From Candidatus Methylomirabilota bacterium (GTDB taxonomy: Bacteria > Methylomirabilota > Methylomirabilia > Rokubacteriales > CSP1-6), in the NCBI GenBank assembly GCA_036005985.1, contig DASYQB010000262.1, positions 1 to 35,274 of the forward strand: a stretch of DNA of 35,274 bases, in the 5' to 3' direction. Below, in pieces: positions 17,525-26,280 of this stretch. The translations under genes were made by a program, and so were the position numbers. How positions within the stretch are numbered: position 1 is the first letter of the stretch; each line of letters starts with the position of its first letter. The notes beneath the pieces are model-generated. The model ran no database searches, was not told where the DNA came from, and saw only the letters and a program-made list of their open reading frames with translations.

Positions 17525-18763
17525 GTGATGCCACCTGGGCCTCCGTCGACGCCTCCCGAAGGTGACGGGTCTCCGGCTTTCAAGGATCTGGACGAGACCG
17601 CTCTTATCGAGCGGTGTCGTGCCGGAGACGTTGCAGCCTTCGAGCCCCTGGTGGAAAAGTACCGGCAGCGCGTGTGGCGCCTGGCCTTCCAGGTGCTGCG
17701 CGATCGCGAGGAGGCATGGGATTGCGCTCAAGACGCATTCGTTCGAGCCTTTCAGTCGCTCGGCTCATTTCGCGGGCAGTCGGCCTTCTACACCTGGCTC
17801 TTCCGCATCGCCATGAATGTGGCCACGGACCGATTGCGCTCTCGTGGAGCGCAGGCTCGCGCCTTCGGCACCCAGGCCATTCCCGCCGAAGAGTGGGAGC
17901 GGACGGCTCCCGATCCCGAGGCGCGGCCGGACCAGGCGGCGATCGGCGTGGAGCGTCGCGAGCGCATCAGCCAGGCCCTCGATACCTTGCCGCCCAATGC
18001 GCGAGCCATTATCATGCTCAGTGACGTCGAAGGGCTCTCTTACCGCGAGATCGCCACCGTGCTCAACTGTCCGATCGGTACCGTGATGTCCCGGCTCCAC
18101 AACGCGCGCAAGCGTCTGCGCACGGCGCTGGGCCCCATGCTCCTGGTGCTCCTCGCCCTGGTCACCGCGCTCGCCGGCTTCTCCGCATGGTCGCCCGTGG
18201 GCGCTCAAACGCCTCCACCGGCCCCCGTTCCCATGCCCCTCCAAACCGCTCCGCCTCCCAAGGGCACGGTGCACTTCGAGGTGCGCGTGCTCCAGGCCTC
18301 GAATCCTACCGCTCCGCCGCCCGCCCCCGGAGGCAAGCAGTCGCCCGCTCCCAGCGGCCCGGTGACGGCGCCGCCCGCAGCCACCCCGGGCGCCACGGCG
18401 ACCTCGGTCCCCGATGGTCAGATGGACGAGCGGCTCAAGCTCATCGTGCCGCGGCTGCGCAAGCTCTTCCGCTACAGCGACTACACGTCGATTGATCATC
18501 AGAAGGTCGACGTGGATTTCGGAGTGTCCAAGCGCATTCCCGCACCCGACGACCGGTGGCTCGAGGTCACGCCGAGGGACCTGCAGGGCAAGTCGGTTCG
18601 CATGCAGGTCCGCCTCCTCAAGGGCGAGAAGTCGGTGATGACCTCCAATATCGTGGCTGCCCCCGGCGCGCCGGCCATCGTGGGTGGTCCGCGCCACGGC
18701 ACCGGCGTCCTCATCATCATCCTCTGGGCCGATCCCGTTCCTGCTCCGCCCGCGGCGAAGTGA
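17525..18763 (+). CDS. ECF (group IV) sigma-70 factor fused to a TM helix, a Pro-rich linker and a ~140-aa extracytoplasmic domain
   Basis: Sigma region 2 (DAFVRAF..., FYTWLFRIAMNVATD) and region 4 (LSYREIATVLNCPIGTVMSRLHNARKRLR) are followed in frame by LLVLLALVTALAGFSAW, then a PPPAPVP-rich segment and a C-terminal domain. GTG 17525 / ATG 17528. Confidence 0.8.
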   Translation: MMPPGPPSTPPEGDGSPAFKDLDETALIERCRAGDVAAFEPLVEKYRQRVWRLAFQVLRDREEAWDCAQDAFVRAFQSLGSFRGQSAFYTWLFRIAMNVATDRLRSRGAQARAFGTQAIPAEEWERTAPDPEARPDQAAIGVERRERISQALDTLPPNARAIIMLSDVEGLSYREIATVLNCPIGTVMSRLHNARKRLRTALGPMLLVLLALVTALAGFSAWSPVGAQTPPPAPVPMPLQTAPPPKGTVHFEVRVLQASNPTAPPPAPGGKQSPAPSGPVTAPPAATPGATATSVPDGQMDERLKLIVPRLRKLFRYSDYTSIDHQKVDVDFGVSKRIPAPDDRWLEVTPRDLQGKSVRMQVRLLKGEKSVMTSNIVAAPGAPAIVGGPRHGTGVLIIILWADPVPAPPAAK

Positions 18764-18781
18764 GCCGCTGGGACCTGGTCG

Positions 18782-20305
18782 ATGAGTGACGAGCGCTACT
18801 TCAAAGAGCGTGCCCGCATCGAGCAGGGCCACGCCAAGTACCGCGCCAAGCTGACCGAAGAGGGCAAGCTCTTCGTTCGCGACCGGCTCCAGCTCCTCCT
18901 CGATCCCGGGTCCGAGTTCCAGGAAGACTTCCTCTTCGCGCGCAATCAGGAAGCTGACACCCCCGCCGACGGTGTGGTGACCGGCGTGGGTCGTGTCGGC
19001 GGGCGCGCCGTCTGCATCATGGCCAATGACTACACCGTCAAGGCCGGCTCCTGGGGGGAGAAGACGGTAGCCAAGATCGTGCGCATCCAGGAGCGGGCTC
19101 AGCGCCTCCAGGTGCCGCTGCTGTACCTCGTGGACGCCGCGGGCGGACGCATCTCGGAGCAGATCAAGATCTTCCCCGGCCGGCTCCACGCCGGACGCAT
19201 CTTCTACAACGAGGTCCAGCTCTCGGGGGTCGTCCCCCAGGTGTGCATTCTCTTCGGACCGTCCCCGGCCGGCTCGGCCTATCTCCCCGCGCTGACCGAC
19301 TGCGTGATCATGGTGGACGGCAAGGCGAGCCTCTACGTCGGCTCGCCGCGCATGGTGGAGATGGCGGTGGGAGAGAAGGTCTCCCTCGAGGATCTGGGCG
19401 GCGCACGCATGCACTGCTCGGTGTCGGGCTGCGGGGACATCCTGGCCGCCTCGGACGAGGAGGCAATCGAGCTCGCCAAGAGATATCTCAGCTTCATGCC
19501 TCAGTCCTACAAGGAGCGCCCGGCCGCCCGGGAGCCCCGCGAGGCCGAGCCGGGACGGTCGATCGAAGAGATCGTTCCCTACGACCAGCGCAAGTGGTTC
19601 GACATGTACGAGCTCATCGCCCGGGTTGTGGACGCCGGCTCATTCTTCGAGATCAAGCGGCTCTTCGCCCAGGAGATCATCATCGGGTTCGCGCGCCTGG
19701 GGGGCCGCGCGGTGGGGATCGTGGCCAACCAGCCCAAGGTCAAAGGCGGCGTCCTCATGGTCGATTCCTCGGACAAGGCGGCGCGCTTCATCTCGCTCTG
19801 CAACGCCTTCAACATTCCGCTCGTCTATCTCGCCGACGTGCCCGGCTTCATGGTAGGTACCAAGGTGGAGCGAGCGGGCATCATCCGCCACGGGGCCAAG
19901 ATGGTCTTCGCCACCTCCCAGGCCACGGTGCCGAAGATCTCCGTGGTCGTCCGCAAGTGCTACGGGGCCGGGCTCTACGCGATGTGTGGGCCGGCCTTCG
20001 AGCCCGATGCCGCCCTCTCCCTGCCGCAGGGGCAGGTCGCCATCATGGGGCCCGAGCCCGCCGTCAACGCTGTCTACTACAACAGGATCATGGAGCTGCC
20101 GGAGGGTGAGCGCGCCGCCTTCGTGCAGCAGAAGCGCGAGGAGTACGTCCAGGACGTGGACATCTACAAGCTCGCCTCGGAGATGCTCGTCGACGGGATC
20201 ATCGCGGGCTCGGAGCTCCGCGGCGAGCTCATCAAGCGGCTCGGCTACGCGGAGAGCAAGCAGCTCGAATTCCCTCTCCGACGCAATCCCGTACCGCCGG
20301 TGTGA
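18782..20305 (+). CDS. Acyl-CoA carboxylase carboxyltransferase (beta) subunit / methylmalonyl-CoA decarboxylase alpha-like
   Basis: 507 aa with a two-lobed carboxyl-transferase domain pattern (GRAVCIMANDYTVKAGSWG..., GGARMH, VGIVANQP...GVL). No biotin carboxylase or BCCP gene lies adjacent. Confidence 0.85.
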   Translation: MSDERYFKERARIEQGHAKYRAKLTEEGKLFVRDRLQLLLDPGSEFQEDFLFARNQEADTPADGVVTGVGRVGGRAVCIMANDYTVKAGSWGEKTVAKIVRIQERAQRLQVPLLYLVDAAGGRISEQIKIFPGRLHAGRIFYNEVQLSGVVPQVCILFGPSPAGSAYLPALTDCVIMVDGKASLYVGSPRMVEMAVGEKVSLEDLGGARMHCSVSGCGDILAASDEEAIELAKRYLSFMPQSYKERPAAREPREAEPGRSIEEIVPYDQRKWFDMYELIARVVDAGSFFEIKRLFAQEIIIGFARLGGRAVGIVANQPKVKGGVLMVDSSDKAARFISLCNAFNIPLVYLADVPGFMVGTKVERAGIIRHGAKMVFATSQATVPKISVVVRKCYGAGLYAMCGPAFEPDAALSLPQGQVAIMGPEPAVNAVYYNRIMELPEGERAAFVQQKREEYVQDVDIYKLASEMLVDGIIAGSELRGELIKRLGYAESKQLEFPLRRNPVPPV

Positions 20306-20345
20306 GGGGCGGGGCGGAGTCCCCGCCGCCCGTGATGGTCATCCA

Positions 20346-21095
20346 GTGAGCTACCTCGTCCTCGCCTTACGATTTCTCACCATCGTGCCCGTGCCGGGCG
20401 AGGAGGCGCAGGGACCGGGAGCCCTCGGGCGGGCCGCGTGGTGGTTCCCCGTGGTCGGACTCGCGCTCGGGGCCGGCCTCGTGCTCGCCGACCGGGTGCT
20501 CCTGACCGTCTTTCCTCCGCTGCTTGCCGCCGTCCTGCTCGTGGCTGTCTGGAAGATCCTCACCGGGGGCCTCCACCTCGACGGGCTGGCCGACGCCGTG
20601 GACGGCCTGGCGGGCGGGGACGGGGAGCGGCGACTCGCCATCATGAGAGACAGCCACCTCGGCGTTTTCGGCGCGGCTGCCCTCGGCCTCTGCCTCCTCA
20701 TCTTCGTGGCCGCGCTCGATGCGGTCCCGGCCCCTCGACGCTCCGCCCTGCTCGTTCTCGCCCCCGCCGTCGGTCGGCTCGCCCCGCTCTTGATCGGCCC
20801 CCTGTTCCCCGCCGCCACTCCCGGAGAGGGATCAGGCGCCGACTTCCTCGCCGGACTCTCCCCGTGGGCGACGCCCGTGTACGTGGCCGCCCTCTGGATG
20901 CTGTCGGCGACCACGCTCGGCTCGTGGGGCGGCCTCGTCCTGAGCCTCGCTCTCGCCTCCGTGCTGCTCTGGGCCGTCTTTCTCGTGTCGCGGGTGGGAG
21001 GCCTCACCGGCGATGCCCTCGGGGGAGCGGTGGAGATCGGAGAGATGGCGACGCTGGTCGCGGCGGCGGCGTTCATCCACGTGCACCTGATCTAA
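20346..21095 (+). CDS. cobS: Adenosylcobinamide-GDP ribazoletransferase (cobalamin 5'-phosphate synthase)
   Basis: A polytopic protein with LRFLT..PVP, GGLHLDGLADA.DG and D...G.FG motifs. GTG 20346 is the first plausible start; the upstream part of the long ORF is an out-of-frame overlap of the previous gene. Confidence 0.85.
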   Translation: MSYLVLALRFLTIVPVPGEEAQGPGALGRAAWWFPVVGLALGAGLVLADRVLLTVFPPLLAAVLLVAVWKILTGGLHLDGLADAVDGLAGGDGERRLAIMRDSHLGVFGAAALGLCLLIFVAALDAVPAPRRSALLVLAPAVGRLAPLLIGPLFPAATPGEGSGADFLAGLSPWATPVYVAALWMLSATTLGSWGGLVLSLALASVLLWAVFLVSRVGGLTGDALGGAVEIGEMATLVAAAAFIHVHLI

Positions 21096-21704
21096 GTGCC
21101 GACCACCATCTATCTCGTCCGCCACGGCAGCGTGGTGGGGGCGGAGACGCGGCGCTTCATCGGGCATCTCGACGTGCCGCTCTCGCCCCGCGGAGAGCTG
21201 GAGGCGGCTGCGCTCGCCCGCCGTCTCGCGACCGTGAAGCTGGCCGCCGCCTACTCCAGCGATCTCTCTCGCACGCGCCGGACGGCGGAGATCCTGACCG
21301 GGCCGCATCGGCTCGAGGCGGTCGCGGTGCCCGCCCTTCGCGAATTCGCGATGGGCCGGTGGGAGGGCCTCACCGCCGAGGAGATCCGTGCCCTCGACCC
21401 GGCAGCCTTCGACGCCTGGATGGCGGACGTCGGGCGCTTCCAGTTTCCGGACGGCGAGAGCCTCGGCGACGTGACGGCGCGGGTGTGGCCCGCCCTGGAG
21501 GCCATCGTGGAACGCCACGCCGGGGGCACGGTGCTCGTGGTCGCCCACGGCGGACCGAACCGCATCGTGCTGTGCCAGGCCCTCGGGATGCCGCTCGAGC
21601 GCATTCTCTCCCTGGGCCAGGACTACGCGGCCCTGTCGATCATCGAGCGCAACCGTGAGGGCTGGAGGCTGCGTCTCCTGAACCACCGAGAGCCCTTGCT
21701 ATAA
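21096..21704 (+). CDS. cobC: Alpha-ribazole phosphatase / histidine phosphatase family
   Basis: IYLVRHG...G..D.PLS.RG, SSDL.R...TAE and VVAHGG motifs. The GTG start lies immediately after the cobS TAA stop. Confidence 0.8.
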   Translation: MPTTIYLVRHGSVVGAETRRFIGHLDVPLSPRGELEAAALARRLATVKLAAAYSSDLSRTRRTAEILTGPHRLEAVAVPALREFAMGRWEGLTAEEIRALDPAAFDAWMADVGRFQFPDGESLGDVTARVWPALEAIVERHAGGTVLVVAHGGPNRIVLCQALGMPLERILSLGQDYAALSIIERNREGWRLRLLNHREPLL

Positions 21705-23377
21705 TGCCGCCGGTCCGTCACCGGCTCCGCATGGTCTCGGAGGACACCTTGGGCGATCTCTCCACACGGTCCGCGATCCGGCGCGACTTCCTCAAGCTCG
21801 CGGCGGGAGCCGCGGCCACGCTGGCCAGCCCACCGGGACTGGCGCTCGCCGGGCCTCGGCCGAAGCGGGGCGGCGTGCTCAAGGTCATCGGGCTCGAGCC
21901 TCCGACCTTCGACGCGCACGGCACGATCTCGTATCAGACCCTGCTCATGTCGTCGTTCGTGAGACGGACGCTCTTCAAGTACGTCAACGGCGCCAGGTAC
22001 AGCCCGTCCGATTTCACCCTCGTGCCCGACCTGGCGCTCAAGGCCGACGTCTCGAAGGACGGCCGCGTCTATACGATCGCCCTCCGCCCCGGGGTGCGCT
22101 GGGAGTCGCGGGCTCCCGTAAAGGGACGCGAGCTCGTGGCCGCCGACGTCAAGTACAGCTTCGACCGGGCCATCAAGAAATCACTCACGGCCCACCTGCT
22201 CGGGCGCATCGAGGGTATCGAGACGCCGGACAAGTACACGGTCCGCGTCACCCTCGCCGATGCCTACGCGCCCTTTTTGCACAACCTGGCCGAGCCGTGG
22301 AACGGCGTCGTGCCGCCCGAGGTCGAGGACAAGATGGGCGACCTCAGGACGGCCGAGTCGTTGATCGGATGCGGGCCCTTCGTGTTCGACCGATACGAGC
22401 CCGGGGCCAAGGCGGTGTTCGTCCGCAACCCGGGGTATTACGCCAGAGGCCTCCCGTATCTCGACAAGGTGGAGTGGCTCTTCGTGAAGGACCGGTCGAC
22501 CCAGCTCTCGCTCTTTCGTGCGGGGCAGGTCGATCTGCCGTTCCACGACGCCCGCATTCCCCGCACCGACGTGGCTTCCTTCAAGAAGTCCAATCCCACC
22601 TATCCGCTGGTCTTCTGGGACTGGCTGGGTGTTCGCACCCTCGCGTTCCGCACCGACAAGGCGCCCTTTCACGACGCGCGCGTGCGGCAGGCCTTCTCCC
22701 TCGCGGTGGACCGCAAGAAGTGGCTCAACCAGTTCCTCGAGGGGCAGGGATGGGAAGATCCCGGGCCCGTGCCCGCGCCCATGCGGGAATGGAAGCTGCC
22801 TACCGCCCCGCCGAGTGAGGCGGCGAGATGGCTCCAGCACAATCCGGCCCTCGCCAAGAAGATGCTCGCCGAGGCGGGCTTTCCCAACGGGCTGAAGGTC
22901 AAGTGCACGAACTGGCCCGGCTATGGCCCCGAATACGTCGAGGAGCTCGAGCTGCTTGCCTCTAGCCTCAAGCAGATCGGCGTGGAGCTCCAGATCATCA
23001 ACGAGGACTACGGCAACTACATCCGCGGCTCCTTTCTCGGCAAGTTCGAGGAGGCGAGCTGGGGACCCTCCTCCCTGTTCACGGAGGTCGACGGCTATCT
23101 CTACAGCTTCTTCCGGACGGGGCAGCCCAATAACCGCAGCCACGTGGCCGACACCGAGCTCGACGTGATGCTGGACGCCCAGCGCCGCTACCCCTCGCGA
23201 TCGTCCCGCAAGAAGATCATCGACGACATCCAGCGCCACACCGCCGATCGCGTGTACTACGTGTACACGCCGTACCCGAAGAACGTGTCCGCGTGGACTC
23301 CCTGGGTGAAGAACTACGGCTGCAAGAACTCGTTCGATCGGGGAGCTCAGCTCCAGGTGGTGTGGCTCGACCGATAG
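21704..23377 (+). CDS. ABC transporter substrate-binding protein, family 5 (peptide/nickel/opine type), with a Tat signal
   Basis: 557 aa. Twin-arginine signal SAIRRDFLKLAAGAAATLA..ALA and an SBP_bac_5-like body. ATG 21704 overlaps the cobC stop (TAATG); ATG 21731 is an alternative. No permease or ATPase genes lie adjacent. Confidence 0.8.
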   Translation: MPPVRHRLRMVSEDTLGDLSTRSAIRRDFLKLAAGAAATLASPPGLALAGPRPKRGGVLKVIGLEPPTFDAHGTISYQTLLMSSFVRRTLFKYVNGARYSPSDFTLVPDLALKADVSKDGRVYTIALRPGVRWESRAPVKGRELVAADVKYSFDRAIKKSLTAHLLGRIEGIETPDKYTVRVTLADAYAPFLHNLAEPWNGVVPPEVEDKMGDLRTAESLIGCGPFVFDRYEPGAKAVFVRNPGYYARGLPYLDKVEWLFVKDRSTQLSLFRAGQVDLPFHDARIPRTDVASFKKSNPTYPLVFWDWLGVRTLAFRTDKAPFHDARVRQAFSLAVDRKKWLNQFLEGQGWEDPGPVPAPMREWKLPTAPPSEAARWLQHNPALAKKMLAEAGFPNGLKVKCTNWPGYGPEYVEELELLASSLKQIGVELQIINEDYGNYIRGSFLGKFEEASWGPSSLFTEVDGYLYSFFRTGQPNNRSHVADTELDVMLDAQRRYPSRSSRKKIIDDIQRHTADRVYYVYTPYPKNVSAWTPWVKNYGCKNSFDRGAQLQVVWLDR

Positions 23378-23609
23378 CCGGTGGTTTTCGGCGCCGAAAT
23401 GCTCCGTGACGCCTCGCGCGATCTCCTGGATCCCCGGCGGAGCGGCAGCGAAAAGTGAGGTCGATCTGACGGTCTCCGTCGTTCGGCTGTCGCGAGGAGA
23501 ACACTCGTACTCGGGTGGCGTGGGTTCCTCGAGAACGGCGCCCACCAGGGCGCTCTTCAAAAACAGTCAGTTGTGGGAAGGATCACCCATGCTGGTTCCC
23601 ATCGAGCCG

Positions 23610-23625
23610 TGGCACCCTCCTTGCT
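23610..23625 (+). promoter_or_regulatory. Consensus sigma-54 (-24/-12) promoter
   Basis: TGGCAC(23610-23615)-cctcc-TTGCT(23621-23625) is an exact TGGCAC-N5-TTGCW match. It is intergenic, with its -12 element 24 nt upstream of ATG 23649. AGGAG lies at 23634-23638. Confidence 0.6.
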
Positions 23626-23648
23626 TAGGCGCTAGGAGCCATCCATCC

Positions 23649-24122
23649 ATGAACACGATCTTTGAGTTGTCGAGAAGGGCCGTCCGGAGTGGGGACGGCT
23701 TCACCGTAGCGGAACTTCTTGCCGCGATATTCGTCATCGCCGTCGGTCTCGTCGCAGTGGGCGCGGGCTTCGCCACCGCCATCCAGGGCGTTGAGACAGG
23801 CCGCCAGCAGACGACGGCGACCTTCCTTGCCGAGCAGCGCATGGAGCAGATCCGCGCGACTGCCCTCGGCGACCCGCTGGTCGCCTGCATGGGCTTCACC
23901 AATATCACGACCGCGTGCTTCCCCGCCCAGGCGTACGGGGCCATTGAAAGTGCGCCGGGCTACCGGTCGACCGTCACCATCACCGACTACACCGTCGCCG
24001 GGAACGTCGTGCGCAAGCGGGTGGACGTGGAGGTCTTCTACCAGCCGATCGTCGCGTGGGGCGTGCTCGTCACGGCCGAGCGCAGCGTCCGTCTGTCCAC
24101 GCTGGTAGCGAACCACACATGA
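23649..24122 (+). CDS. Prepilin-type N-terminal cleavage/methylation domain protein (PilV/GspI-like minor pilin)
   Basis: Class III signal ...RSGDG|FTVAELLAAIFVIAVGLVAVG, with Gly-1, Phe+1, Glu+5 and a hydrophobic helix. 157 aa. Confidence 0.75.
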   Translation: MNTIFELSRRAVRSGDGFTVAELLAAIFVIAVGLVAVGAGFATAIQGVETGRQQTTATFLAEQRMEQIRATALGDPLVACMGFTNITTACFPAQAYGAIESAPGYRSTVTITDYTVAGNVVRKRVDVEVFYQPIVAWGVLVTAERSVRLSTLVANHT

Positions 24123-24769
24123 GCAACGACCAGCCGGCCATCCGTGATCAGCGGGGCTTCTCCATGAGCGAGCTCCTCGTTGTCTGCGCCGTTCTGGGCA
24201 TCGTCATGGCGGGGGTGCTCGGTCTCCTCATGGTGGGCCAGCAAAGCGCCACCACGACCTCGAACAAGGTCGACGCGCAGGCGAACGCCCGCATCGCCAT
24301 CGAGCGCATGATCGAGGAGATCCGCGAGGCGGGTTATCTGCCGGCGGGGCCAGCGTGTCCCGGGGCACCCGTCACTCCGTGTCCTCCCTTCAGCTACGCC
24401 TTCTCCGCCATCACCAACGAGAGCGCCACGGGCCTGACCATTCAGAACGACTGGAATGCCAACAACAGCATACAGACCACCTCGGTGGTCGATCCCATCT
24501 CCGGCGGGAATCGCGGCGAGCAGGTTATCTACTCTTTCGCGGGTGGACAGCTGTCCCGGCGGGAGATGGGTGTCGACGCCGCTCCCGTGGTTCTGGCATC
24601 GGGTATCACCAGTCTTGCCTTCACCTATCTCGACCAGGCCAATGCGGTCACGGGCACCGCTGCCGACATCCGGACGGTGACGATTACCATGACCACCCAG
24701 CAGAGCACCGGCCAGCCGCAGGTGACTATGGTGCACCGGGTGCGCCTCCGCAACCGGCCGACCTCGTGA
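24119..24769 (+). CDS. Prepilin-type N-terminal domain protein (PilW/GspJ-like minor pilin)
   Basis: ...RDQRG|FSMSELLVVCAVLGIVMAGVLGLL with Glu+5. 216 aa. An ATGA overlap joins it to the upstream gene. Confidence 0.75.
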   Translation: MSNDQPAIRDQRGFSMSELLVVCAVLGIVMAGVLGLLMVGQQSATTTSNKVDAQANARIAIERMIEEIREAGYLPAGPACPGAPVTPCPPFSYAFSAITNESATGLTIQNDWNANNSIQTTSVVDPISGGNRGEQVIYSFAGGQLSRREMGVDAAPVVLASGITSLAFTYLDQANAVTGTAADIRTVTITMTTQQSTGQPQVTMVHRVRLRNRPTS

Positions 24770-24780
24770 GGAACGTGACC

Positions 24781-26280
24781 ATGACGCGTCTCAGAGCCAT
24801 GATGTGCGACCAGCGCGGGGTGGCCCTGCCGCTTGCCCTGATCTCGCTTCTCATTCTGACCTCGCTCGTGTTGACCGTGCTGAACCTGGGAGCGGTCGAG
24901 CCGCAGATCTCGAGGAATCTCTCGGACACCGCGCGCGCCCGGCACCTCGCCGAAGCGGGCATCGAGTGGGCGTTCGACTGCATCGCCGACCAGGACCTGG
25001 ACTCGTTCCTCGCCGGCCCCGACAGTATGCAGAACACGGCCGACGATCAACTGGCCACCAGCGTGGCCGGCCAGAACATCGGCGCCCAGATGAGCAACAA
25101 CGTCTGCGTCAATTCGCCCGCGCCCGGCGCGCTCCCCGGCCTCAGCAACGCCATGGGCACGTTCGCGGTGACGATCCGCAACGACTCCATCGCCGCGGGC
25201 GGCGGCTACGCGGGCGACCAGATTCTCACCGGGTCGCCTGTCGACGCCGGGGGCAAGTTCACGGATACGAACGGTATCGTCATCCTCACCGCTACCGGCA
25301 CCTACGGCACGGCCACTCGGCAGATCACCGCCGTGATCAGCCGCAATACCCTGGCCGTCAATGCCGCGGTCACTCTTCCCGGCTTCCAGGCCGATACCTA
25401 CATGCAGACGGTCGGTAACCAGACCATAGACGGCCGGGACTGGATGCGTGCGGACGATAATTCCTTGAGCGCTCCTAACGGCTCCACGATGCGACTGGGC
25501 ATCGCGACCCAGGCGGGAACGCAGGCGAACCTCGGTATCACCTACGAGCAGAACGTCGAGAACGCCTTCGACACGGTGGCCAAACAGGACACCGTGCAGG
25601 GAAAGAGCCAGGTGAACGGTACCGCGACTTCGGGATACAACACCATCGCGGCCGACAACACCATGACCCCGACCGCCGTGCAGAACTTCCTCAACAAGCT
25701 GGCCGCCAATCCGGCGACCAGGGTCATTCAGAGCAGCCTGGCGTGTCCGCTCAGGCTCACGGGTACCGTGGCCAGCCCGAACACGCCGGCGCTCTCCAGC
25801 ACGGGCAACCAGTCGGGCTGCGCGGGCAACCCGCCCATTGGCACCAATCTCTACCTGGGGACACCCACCGATCCCAAGCTCGTGTACTTTCGGGGTGAGC
25901 TCGACCCGTCGTCGAACTTCACCGGCCTCAACATCACGGGCACCGTCAAGGGGGCGGGCATCCTCGTGGTGGAGGACGGCGACCTTTCCATCACTACCTC
26001 GGGCGCCGGGCTCAACATCTCCGGCCGCGACGTGGACTTCTACTGGGACGGTATCGTGATCGTGACCGGACGCTACGTGGGCACGGGGTTCCGGAGCGGC
26101 AGCAATGCCGAGATTCGCGGCGCCTTTGTGGCCAACGAGACGATCTCCAACGAGGCGAGCGGCTACTTCGAGTTCGTCACCCAGGCCAACACCCTGGCTC
26201 TTCGCAACAGCTCCCAGAACATCAACATGGCGCTGCGGGCCGCCTACAACCAGCGGATCATCAGCTGGCGCGAAAACTGA
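24781..26280 (+). CDS. Large PilX/GspK-like pseudopilin-type protein (hydrophobic N-terminus without Glu+5)
   Basis: N-terminus DQRGVALPLALISLLILTSLVLTVL, as in GspK/PilX N-terminal domains. 499 aa, rich in Thr/Asn/Gly and predicted to be exported. C-terminal GILVVEDGDL...WDGIVIVTG...IRGAF segment. GAGGA lies upstream. Confidence 0.65.
   Translation: MTRLRAMMCDQRGVALPLALISLLILTSLVLTVLNLGAVEPQISRNLSDTARARHLAEAGIEWAFDCIADQDLDSFLAGPDSMQNTADDQLATSVAGQNIGAQMSNNVCVNSPAPGALPGLSNAMGTFAVTIRNDSIAAGGGYAGDQILTGSPVDAGGKFTDTNGIVILTATGTYGTATRQITAVISRNTLAVNAAVTLPGFQADTYMQTVGNQTIDGRDWMRADDNSLSAPNGSTMRLGIATQAGTQANLGITYEQNVENAFDTVAKQDTVQGKSQVNGTATSGYNTIAADNTMTPTAVQNFLNKLAANPATRVIQSSLACPLRLTGTVASPNTPALSSTGNQSGCAGNPPIGTNLYLGTPTDPKLVYFRGELDPSSNFTGLNITGTVKGAGILVVEDGDLSITTSGAGLNISGRDVDFYWDGIVIVTGRYVGTGFRSGSNAEIRGAFVANETISNEASGYFEFVTQANTLALRNSSQNINMALRAAYNQRIISWREN

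Noticed and set aside
20308-20327. The GC hairpin between the carboxyltransferase gene and cobS, considered as an intrinsic terminator.
   Set aside because: No U-tract follows it, and cobS starts 19 nt later. A stability element or a coincidence is more likely.
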